Source: Octopus sinensis (taxonomy: Eukaryota). From it: a stretch of 64,000 bases of DNA. A program made the translations under genes and the position numbers. Under the pieces are notes generated by a model, which was not told the DNA's origin, did not search any database, and was given only the letters and a program-made list of their open reading frames with translations. Below, piece by piece: positions 53,791 through 64,000 of the stretch. Positions within the stretch are counted from its first letter, which is position 1. Every line of letters begins with the position of its first letter. The stretch is from NCBI RefSeq assembly GCF_006345805.1, contig NC_043015.1, positions 4,774,001 through 4,838,000 of the forward strand, in the 5' to 3' direction.

Positions 53791-56700
53791 TAAGATATTA
53801 TATATATATATATATATATATAAATATAGATACATACATTTAGCTAGCTAGCTAGTTAGTTAATTATATATATACATAATAGATAGACAGATAAAAAGAT
53901 AGACAGTGAGAGAGAGAGGAAGAGAGAAATAAATGAGAAGGGAGAAAGGGAGAGGGAGAGATAGATAAATAGATAGTTAGATAGATAGAAGGCGAGATGG
54001 TTATGCATCTCTAAACACTTGTCCAAAGCACATTCCGACGCAGACATATCAGCTTCATAAACACATGTGTTTGCTCGTTATCACATATGCCAGGAAACCA
54101 TTGTCTAGCTTGACACACGCGCCTCTACTTCTCTCTTCACTCGGGTCTGCCGTAGCTAACTATTTGAGATTTTTTATCCTATATCTCTACATTTTTTCTG
54201 CACATGTAAGCTATTATTTAGTGTGCCACTACTGTTTCTCCTGTTGCTTTTTTATTCAACTTCGGGTAGCTTATTCTGTTAATTTTTATTTTATTTTACA
54301 ATATTTGTATCTATCTGCCTATCAATTTGTATTTATGCATGTGTGTATGAAAGTGTGTTCTTCAAAGTGACATTTCGCGTAGAAATAATTCGATCATTTA
54401 TATGAATTTGATAATGTTTTATAATGCATGAATGTCTCTGATTTGGAGTTCAAGTATATTTCTTTCGCACGAACGCTCTGCACCCTAAACCTCATATGAA
54501 TGCTATAACGTTCATATATTACGAAATCAATCACGTAGTGTCGACATTTTCAATCATTATATCGGATTTTTATCTTCTAGTGAAAATACGTACCGAACAA
54601 TATTACTTACATTGCTACATATTTAGATTTATAGTTAAGCATTTCAAATCCAATAGTATTTAGCAAAATATATTTAATAGGCAGCATCCGTTTAGCATTA
54701 ATTTCAAATATTCTGTAATTTTTTTATATGGTGTAAGATCCGATCGGATGTTACTTCAAAAACATGAATAAATTTTATACCTTATAGTCAGATGCAATCA
54801 TTTATAAATATGGATCAACTTCTATTGAGAAATTGTAACAACTCACGATGCACTGTAATCGTGTGAACTCAGTAGTCCTCTTTACAGCCATGCGATTCCT
54901 ATTAATAATTGGTGTAAAATATTTCCGTTTTCTTCCACTGTTTGTCCGGAAATTGATGACATAGATACTCGTATATACTACTATATACTGCTATAAATTG
55001 ATCATCCAATATGAATGCTGGCGGTGGTATGATATCTGCATCGTCTGTATTATGACATTCCAGACACGAATTCTCGTATTTCAAGAATATATCAAACCTT
55101 ACATACACGAGATAAAGTTTTCCCCTGACACTAGAACTATCAGAAAAAAATCCGCCAATTTATTTGAAGGTATCTGTCAGACTAACAAGAAAAAATATGT
55201 GCCCCATTGAACTCTTAATCTGAGGAAACGTATCTCATACTCCCAATCGCCTTCTCTTTTCCAATGTTTCTTTTCTTCCTTTCTTTCTTTCAATTCACTT
55301 TTGTATTTCATTCTACATTTTTTCGTTCATTATTCATAAATACATGATCTACAAATACTTCTGTCTTTGTTATTGTTGTTATGATTAATATTATTTTTTG
55401 TTGTTCCGCTGACGTCGAATTTTCCATACATCATTTCAGGGTCGATAAATTAAGTACTGATTTCGATGTATTCGACTTAACCCCTCCCAAAAATTTGTAA
55501 TATATAGTAGAAGGTATTATCATTCCTGTTATTGGTTGTGGTATTGTTGTTGGTTGTATTGCTGTTATTAACAACGTAATCAACATTATTATTTTAATTT
55601 TAATCACAATGCATGTTTGCTAGATAAATGGATACACAGCTGCATACGTGAAGCTCTTCAGTGTATTTTCTTCCTATCAAATGTCACTTATCAAATTCGT
55701 ATGCAATTTGCTTAAGTGCAAAATAATAGAACTAATCTTGGGGTTACGGGATCGTGAAGTATCCTTAGTATCCTAACAAATAAGTACATAATTCACTGTG
55801 ATATTTGCAGTTGTCAATCACCACACAATGTAATATTACAGATAACACGGAAGCCAGTCAGATCACACATTCTTTCATATTAAGTTCTCCTTCAAAATAA
55901 CTAATTTACAATTGCGTTCAAACGCTGATAACTATCATGTATGTTATGAGTATAAACATTGTAAAAATCTGGTGAACATTCATTGTGTTTCTCTAATTTT
56001 GTATTTGAATAAAATTCGGCAATCCAACTAATTATTTCCCTGAGATCAAATATGACGTTACTTGAAAATAATTTCTAATTTTTTGATTTTTAATTTAAAA
56101 GTTAAAAAAAAGTACTGTATACTTTGCTAATCTCCTTGATATTGTTGATACTGTGAAGCTTTAAATATGACAACACAAGTGTTTAATTTATTCGTTAAAT
56201 TCTGTGACATAGAATTTTCTATAACAGTATCCGTAACACCATGTGTAATATCGCAAAATTTGATTGTTAATATAGATACAAGCCTTCGCATTTTCTTGAG
56301 AGAATATTTACTTCTCTGTATTGCAGAATTCTGAATTGCAGAATTTCACTGTCAATTTCTTTGTCGACCGCAGAATGAGGAGATATAGAGAGGGCTTATT
56401 TAAATTATTATCCAACACGAAAATCAATTGCCGAAGGAATTGTTGACAGACGAACTATCATATCTGTCAATTTACTGATTCATATTGCCTTAATACTCAA
56501 TATCGTTCACTTGATTAGTCACGTTATAATCAGTTATCACCATGAATGCTGTCATAACTATCAACTATGACGCATTAAGTTGTATAATCAATTTCTTGGG
56601 AATTTCTCCATGTGAAGAATACTATCTTGACAACTAAAATGAAATACCAATAAAGTATTACCAGACTAAATTGCAGAAATGGGATATATAATATATACAG

Positions 56701-57024
56701 ACATAACCTCGTTTCAGAATCTTAATCTCATCATTTCTCTAATATAAATAGTACCTTTCACTCCACTTGATCTTGTTTCATTGGATTCATATTTATACTC
56801 ACAAGGCTTCAAAGCTTCAAGGAGTATAAATATAGAAACATAGTCATGTATTTAGGTTCTAGCAGACACACGATTCGTAGCAATATAAAATATGCGAACT
56901 CGTAAAAGAAATAGTAAATCACGTACAAAAGTGGAGGCTTCACGAAGTAATAAGTAGAACCGTTTAAATTTGAGGCAATAAAGAAGTTCTGTATAATGTA
57001 ATAAATAAATCTATCTCATTTAGT

Positions 57025-57313
57025 TATGCGCCGTTTTGAAGCCTAGCTAGGCTCATGGGCTCGATTTCCCGGTTTCTGTGGCATATTTGCATCCCCAGCT
57101 GGACGGGACGCCACTCAATCGCAGCGTTACCCAAAAATCAGGAAGGAAGAGTGATAGAAATTTTGGGCGAAAGAGTATAACAGGGATCGCCCCCACCCTG
57201 CAGGAACAACGTGCAGCTTTAGGTGTTTACGCTCAATAAACACACAAAACGCCCGGTCTCGGAATCGAAACCGCGAGTCCGCTGCCTTAACCACTGGGTC
57301 ATTGCGACTCCAC
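57025..57313 (-). mobile_element. SINE, group B head with tail type 3
   Basis: Reverse complement gtggagtcgcaatgacccagtggttaaggcagcggactcgcggtttcgattccgagaccgggcg...gcctagctaggcttcaaaacggcgcat; same organisation as 42017-42313. Confidence 0.9.
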
Positions 57314-57314
57314 A

Positions 57315-57566
57315 AATAAACGCGCCGTTTTAAAGCCTAGCCAGGCCCGTGGGCCAGGTTTCCTGGTTTCAATGGCGTAGGTGTTCCCCAGCTGTATGGG
57401 ATGCCATTCCATCGCACCTTTATTCATTTGCCAGCTGAGTGGACTAGAGCGACATGAAATGAAGTGTTTTGCTCAAGAACACAACGCGTTGCCCGGTCCA
57501 GGAATCGAAACCACAATCTTACGATCATGATGCTGACACCCTAACCACTAAGCCACGCGCCTCCAC
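57315..57566 (-). mobile_element. SINE with a different head/body but tail type 3, directly upstream of the previous copy
   Basis: Reverse complement gtggaggcgcgtggcttagtggttagggtg...gtttcgattcctggaccggg...gttgtgttcttgagcaaaacacttc...gtccactcagctgg...gcctggctaggctttaaaacggcgc. Confidence 0.88.
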
Positions 57567-58514
57567 AATTAATAAATACGAGATCCATTCTCCTGCTAAC
57601 TATGAATGAGTGAGCAGGTTATTTATTGCAGATAGCTTAAATGAATGCATTTATATGCACGTGAATATATTTCTTGGCCTAGAAACAACGAAAGTGTCAG
57701 TAACTCAAGAAAGAATCTGTTTCTATTGAAGTCTGTTTATTCTCCCGTATATTACTTCTATATTCCGTACTGAAAAATGTTCTCCTCTTCCTACGAATCA
57801 GAGCAATAATATTTAGCATTTGATAATTTTAATTCTGACTCTGAATCGTTCCCCCTGCATCACCATTGTCTACGAAGATAATAAGACCTTTTATTACTAA
57901 TCCGGAAGCCAAGATATGATAACCACGAAAAATGCTTGGAAACTTCCGAAACGAAGTTACATAAGGTACACCTCTTTCTTGCAACGAAATTCAAAGTTAG
58001 CAGCGTTGAAATATAACAGAAATTTTGTTTAAATGCTTCTGCTTATACTTCATATGATGACAGAGAAATATCCAAGCTCAAATGGCGAAGGCATATTCCA
58101 GTTCAGCAGACACTAATATTACTATGTATAGTCTGGATCAACAGCACAATGTTAAATAGCTACAAAACCAAAAGATGCGAAAGAGAGAGAAAACATGTAT
58201 GCGAGTTTCTTCATCTGAGACTGTTTAAGCAAGATTTTACACACCTGAAATATGATAAAATTGTATTTTGGAATATTTGGCACGCTTTCGAAGAAAACAT
58301 ATAAAGAATACGCATGAAGCGCAAGTGATGGTGGAAAACAGGTAACTAGTAGAATTATGGAGAAAAATGCTGTTGTCGGTGAAGTATACTGAAATAGGAA
58401 TATAAGACCAGATTATAGAGAAAACGTCGGGATACATATTTATGTTTGGTTTACGCAACAACTACCAGGAAGATATACACATAGATACGTTAAAGATTTA
58501 TAGGTAAACTATAC

Positions 58515-58945
58515 ATAGTTATGCAAACATTATATGCTACAAAGTATTATAAGCACTTGTGTAAGTCAATACCGTGTACTACTGTGTTAGCAGTGCATTT
58601 TAATCAACAGATTTTCATTAGCCATTATAGGCAGCACTAATTTTGTAAATACGTTTCGTTTCTGAGACCGGAGATATAAACAAACAATGAGATCCAAAAG
58701 GAAAAACAATGGTTGATGGCCAAATATCCCATACTTTGGGAGTTTTCGCTCCTATATCAGCAACCATCAACCGATCAACCATGCAAGAACACATTTCTTA
58801 AATAGTCACTACATATAGTAGTGAAACGTTACGGGATATATCGATTTACATATAAACATATTATTGGAACTTGCCATCTAGATGTCAATGACTTTTAGGC
58901 ACACGGTACTTTGTTATGCAGCCATAATATGCTACAAAGTATGTT
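58515..58945 (+). repeat. ~395-bp repeat unit with terminal redundancy, permuted relative to 9590-9975
   Basis: ttatgca..cat.atatgctacaaagtat occurs at ~58519 and ~58914. Internal blocks are shared with 9590-9975. Confidence 0.7.
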
Positions 58946-59092
58946 AAACGTTTTTATAAGTCGCAACACAGGTGCTGCCTATAAAGTCTTTCCGTTCCTG
59001 AACATCCAATAACACTATACTTGTTCCACGTTCTGTTGTATTGTCTCTTTGTGCTTTCATGTTGGGATTAGCCATATATATATATATGTACA

Positions 59093-59175
<83 letters not shown>

Positions 59176-59201
59176 ACTATACATACATATATATATATAT
59201 A

Positions 59202-59235
<34 letters not shown>

Positions 59236-59271
59236 ATGTGTACATATATATGTATGTGTACTGTATATATA

Positions 59272-59330
<59 letters not shown>

Positions 59331-59928
59331 TTTTTGAATTTTGTTCACGGACTCCCAGTATAAGTGTAAAAAAATATTTTGTCTGTCACAGAATAACTAA
59401 AGGAGAGGTGGGAACACGTGAGATTGAAAGTCGCGAGATCACAAGTGTGTGACAACAGATGTCCAGACAATGGACATAAAATATGCTCAGTAAGAAAGAA
59501 CCAATATATTGTGCCTGTTTATTTGAGAAGAATAAAAAATGAAATGACCATCTCGAAATAAATAATTAAATATATTGCAGTTGATTGACGAATCGAACTT
59601 CACATTCAACTACCACACCTCTGTCATTTTTTTCACATCTTCCTTTCTTTTTCTTTGTTTAAAAACTCACGGCACACGCATATTTAGTGGCATATATACA
59701 CATGCGTATATACAACCATATACGCAAACACATACATATTCAAAATGACAAAGGACTTCTTCAATATCTACTCTGTCGTTCTTTTGCTGAACCATTAAAC
59801 TACTTTGATGCGCCTCATGCCATGACTGGTTGTCAAGGGGATGTAGTGGGAATAATACAGACACACACGCATTCATACACTCGCAAACACACAAACACAG
59901 ACACACTCACACACGCACACACACACGT

Positions 59929-59976
<48 letters not shown>

Positions 59977-60049
59977 TATATAAAAGGGCTTAGTAAAATA
60001 AATTACTTTGCCGCATACTGAACTCGTTAGAAATAGCAGCTAAAAAAAC

Positions 60050-60529
60050 TTTTTATAAAACTATTTCTAACACTTAAAGAAAACCTCTCTCATATAGTGT
60101 TTGCTCAATTCAACTCAAGAAAGTATGAGGGTAGAGACATTAAAAATCAAATGCAAAGGTTATTTGAGTACGTACGTTTCAAGATTAGTCAAAATCGACC
60201 CTTCTCTCATCAGCTCAGAATGCCCTTGTTTGAATTTGAAAACACTGAAAATGGGAGCATACCCTTTCGGCTTGTTATCGCTTCTGAAGATCTGCTCCAA
60301 ACTAACAGTGTCAACAAACTCAAATATGCAAGAGAAAAATTTCTGCTCTCCCCTTTCCACCAGCGTGGGTTAAAATCAGCAAACACTATGCTTTTTTCGG
60401 TAAAATCCGAGACAATTAAGTAGAGAGAGATGAATTATAATTTCAACAATTGAGGGTAAAATTAATTAATTAATTAATCAATTTCACCAAGTATTCAGTA
60501 TGCAAAGGGACCATTTAAGGCAAATTCAT
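60050..60529 (-). mobile_element. Non-coding PLE/retrozyme-like element carrying the hammerhead
   Basis: Contains the hammerhead, and its terminal ~90 bp (60436-60529) recurs in inverted orientation at 29371-29460. It abuts (TA)n. The left boundary is uncertain. Confidence 0.5.
60165..60217 (-). ncRNA. Type I hammerhead ribozyme (catalytic core intact)
   Basis: Minus strand UGAG-CUGAUGA-GAGA-agg-GUCGauuuUGAC-uaa-UCUU-GAAA-CGUACG-UA-CUCA. Stem I UGAG/CUCA, canonical core, stem II GAGA/UCUU with inner hairpin, palindromic stem III, GUA cleavage triplet. Confidence 0.8.
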
Positions 60530-60574
60530 ATATATATATATTATATATATATATATTTATTTATATATAGGAAA

Positions 60575-60722
60575 CGTTTCTTTCAGCTTCTGTCAACCAA
60601 ATCTACTCATAAGGCTTTGGTCGGACGAAGCTATAGTGGAAGACACTTCCTAAAGTTACCACGCAGTAGGACTGAACACAGAATCATGTGGTTGGAAATC
60701 AAGATTTTTACTACGCAGCTAC
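60575..60722 (-). mobile_element. Group A SINE, 5' part
   Basis: tttctttcagcttctgtcaaccaaatctactcataaggctttggtcgg...gctatagt.gaagacactt is the reverse complement of the group A body. Confidence 0.8.
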
Positions 60723-61299
60723 CCCTTAAATCATGTATATATTGGATAATAGATATGTGAAAACAATTGTCGTGATTAATAATAAATCCTCGTACATTCC
60801 ATCCTCCGTATTTCATGTACCATATATATGTATTATGTATAAGGGTAATAACATCCTATACAGAGTGAACTAGACAAATATTACTTAACCCTTGACCCAC
60901 GAAATCAATTAGAGTGTTTCTCCTATTATCTCCCAGAATAAAACCTACAAATGTTGCAGCACTAATTACGACACACAGAGAACATATTTTAGTCGAGATA
61001 TAAGACCATATCGCGACGATCTCCAACTGAGTGCAAATTTATTTTATCTAATTTCCAAGCATGAAAGGCAGTTTGAAGTTCGATGAAATTTAGAATATGA
61101 ACGTAAATAGCCAGGAGATATTGTAGAAAACAAATTTTTATCCCAATGATATGTGCACTCTGTTGGCTTATAACCTTTTAATAGAGTGTTTTATGAATAA
61201 AACGTTAATAATATTAATGATAACAACATCAATAGGAAATGATGAAAAGAATAAGACGAGAATTAGGAAGAAATATGACTACAAAAACTACTAGCACAA

Positions 61300-61461
61300 G
61301 TAATGGTAGTAGTAGTAGTAGTGGTAGTAGCAGCAGCAGCAGCCGTAGCAGTGGTATTGTTCCTAGAAGTAGTAGTAGTACTACTAGAAATAGTAGTACT
61401 ACTACTAGACCTAGTAAGTGTACTAGTAATATCAATGGTAGTAGTAGTTAGTAGTAAGTGA

Positions 61462-61501
<40 letters not shown>

Positions 61502-61502
61502 T

Positions 61503-61533
<31 letters not shown>

Positions 61534-61735
61534 TAATAGTAGTAGTAGTAGTGGTGGTGGTGGTGATGGTGGTAGTGGTGATGGTGGTAGTGGTGATGGT
61601 GGTAGTGGTGATGGTGGTAGTGGTGATGGTGATGGTGGTGGTGGTGGTGGTGGTGATGGTGGTTGTGATTGCAGTGATGGTTATGATGGTGGTGGTGGTG
61701 GACGAAGGCCCACAGCAGCAGTGTTGGTAGTAGTG
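61300..61735. repeat. (GTA/GTG/GAT)n compound microsatellite
   Basis: Directly visible. Confidence 0.95.
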
Positions 61736-61969
61736 GGTTTTTTTTTAAATTTGCAACAATAACATTTGTAACTATATTCCTTGGTTTCCAATACGATAAA
61801 ACCCTCTCCGGGTACTTTTGAAATATTTCTACCTTTCCATATCAAAGAGTAAATCTTTTTGTTTCTTTCTTGCTTTTTGATAACTGTATCCCATCAAACA
61901 TTTGGTATATTCTTTCTCAGGGCCTTTTTCCGCTCAGTCTACATACTATCTCATTCAAACCCTCAGGTG

Positions 61970-62011
<42 letters not shown>

Positions 62012-62123
62012 ATATTATATATATATATATATAATATATATATATATATAAATAAAATATTATTTATATTATATATTTATATATATATATATACATATAT
62101 ATATATTTATATATATTATATAT

Positions 62124-64000
62124 AAATCCTTAAATCCTTAAAAATGTTTTAGCCCGAAAGCCGCGGCCATGCTGGGGCACCACCGCTGAATGAGCTACAC
62201 TAATTTGTGAATCCAACTCTGATACGTGGCACTTGATCAACAAGGGAGTTCGATGCTGCTGCCCGCATCCGCGTCTCCTGTTGAGAGGTAGGCTCATCTG
62301 GGACTCCCATCAAGAAGAGATCCAGTTTAGTTTTAAAGAAACCCACACCCACACCATGTAAGTCTCTCAGGCATTTAGGGAGGATGTTAAAGAGCTGTGG
62401 TCCTCTGAAACCCAAGCTGTTGCAGTATCTGGACCTGTATTTTGATGGTGATGTTGGAATCCTTGGCACCATGCAGTGGCGCCCCGTTCTGCGGTTGGAG
62501 TAACTTTGAATGCCAAAGTTTGGGACAAGACCCTCCAGGATTTTCCAGATGTATATCACCGCATATCTCTCCCGCCTCCGCTCTAGGGAGAAGAGGTTTA
62601 ATACCTTCAGTCTTTCCCAGTAGCTGATATTTTGCATTGAGACGATTTTCTTTGTGTAGCTTCTCTGAATTGCTTCGAGTTCTGCTGTTAGTTTTATATT
62701 GTGTGGTGACCAAAGTTGGGAGCAGTAGTCCAAGCGGCTTAGGACGAATGTTTTCCATAGGACCATCAGTGTCTCCTTCTCTCTTGTTCTGAAAGTTCGG
62801 AGAATTCATCCAACTAGCCGTCTGCATTTTATCACCAGATTAGCAATATGCATTTGGAAAGATGCATCATTGCTCATGTCAATGCTCAGGTCACGCACTG
62901 ATTTTGACTCAGGGATTGCAATTCTTCCTGGGCCAGTGTATCCAGTCTTCACGTCATTTACCTTTGTGTGCCAGTAGCACAGGGCCTGGAACTTACCTGC
63001 ATTAAACTGCATGTTGTTGTCCTCAGCCCAACTGTATATTGTGTCCAGCTCATGTTGCAGATGCGCAATATTTTCAGGGTTTTGTATTGCGTGGGAGACT
63101 TTTGTGTCATCTGCATAGCTAGCAAGGGTGGTCATCGTAGCAACTGAAGGCATGTCTGAAAGGGCCACTATGAACATCAATGGCCCCAAGACAGTGCCCT
63201 GTGGGACACCGCTTGTTATTTGCGTTTCCTTGGAGGTGGCTCCATTGCTCACAACTGCCTGTTTTCTGTCTTTTAGGAAGTTGTGCAGCCACTCTCCAAG
63301 TTTCCCGCTTATGCCGAGACCACGCAGTTTGTGACAGATCATACCATGGTCGACTTTATCAAAGGCTTTTGCAAAGTAGAAATATATTACATCCACATTT
63401 GAGCCATTTAGTAGCTGTTTCAACACCCAGTCATAGTGTTGCAGGAGCTGTGTTAGGCAGCCTCTACTTGTTCGAAATCCATGCTGGGTGTCAGACAGCA
63501 AGTCATTTTCTTCAAGGAACATGATTAGTTTCTTACGGACTATTCGTTCCATGACTTTGCTGATGTGTGAGGTCAGAGAGATAGGCCTATAATTTGTAGC
63601 ATCTGCTCTGCTACCTCCCTTATGGTTAGGGCATATTACCCCCTCTTTCAATTTGACTGGGAGCTTACCACTTGCAAGAAAGCTCTGAAAAAGAAGCTGT
63701 AGCGGCTCGTTTGCACGATTTGAGAAGGATCGCTGGGAATCCATCAGGTCCAGCAGCTGAGTTTGTGTCAATCTCATCAATGGCTAGTGTGATATCATCA
63801 TCTTCGATGTTGATGTACTCAATTTTTGTCTCTTTGGCCGCAGGTAAAGTGGCAACGAATTGTTCTGGGTTGTTTACTTACCTGTGTCCTAGAGGTGTAG
63901 TGAACACACTTTGGAACTTTTCGTTCAGTATTTCACTTATCCTCGTGGGATTTCCTGTGAGAGAGCCATCTTTTTGGAAGAGAGGTCCTATTCTCTGGTG
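62124..64000 (-). mobile_element. CR1-type LINE, 3' ~1.9 kb (continues beyond the window), defective
   Basis: RT motifs NYRPISLTS, QHGFR, FAKAFDKVDH, GVPQGTVLGP and YADDT, plus the CR1-like C-terminus LDYCSQLWSP...SYWERLK.LNL.SLERRR. Short 3' UTR and an (aaggattt)n tail. Confidence 0.95.
62200..63780 (-). pseudogene. LINE ORF2 reverse transcriptase, disrupted
   Basis: ORFs 62806-63780 and 62200-62766 are in the same frame, separated by a single TGA (probably TGG>TGA) at 62806-62808. A frameshift near 63705 separates the upstream SAAGPDGFPAILLKSC segment. Confidence 0.92.

Noticed and set aside
60284-60343. Second, plus-strand hammerhead-like motif (CUGAAGA-UCUGC...GCAAGA-GAAA-AAUUUC) that would make the element ambisense
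   Set aside because: No stem I can be formed. A similar partial motif at ~1751-1803 also has a broken core. Treated as chance unless a family consensus restores it.

Overview
This is AT-rich animal genomic DNA, very probably an octopod cephalopod (Octopus); that call is inferred from the SINE repertoire and the extreme density of (TA)n, (CA)n, (TAGA)n, (TAA)n and (TAG)n microsatellites. I could not identify a host protein-coding gene, so the window looks intronic or intergenic. Most of the supplied ORFs are microsatellite translations. The recognisable content is transposable elements: a 5'-truncated Penelope-like element (PLE) with a GIY-YIG endonuclease (2.7-3.7 kb); a defective CR1-type LINE running off the right edge (62.1-64 kb) plus a truncated sister copy (20.2 kb); several R4/Dong-type retrotransposon remnants inside (TAA)n arrays; an RTE fragment; Tc1/mariner fragments; and at least three tRNA-derived SINE groups, some with clear target-site duplications (TSDs). 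The most interesting signals are: (i) an apparently intact type I hammerhead ribozyme on the minus strand at 60165-60217, with decayed hammerheads at about 1.54, 15.02 and 29.59 kb, in short non-coding PLE/retrozyme-like units; (ii) a SINE whose 3' tail matches the 3' UTR of the resident CR1-type LINE; (iii) head/tail module shuffling among SINEs; (iv) a ~0.37-0.40 kb repeat present in two circularly permuted forms. All alignments and folds were done by eye, and boundaries of decayed elements are approximate.
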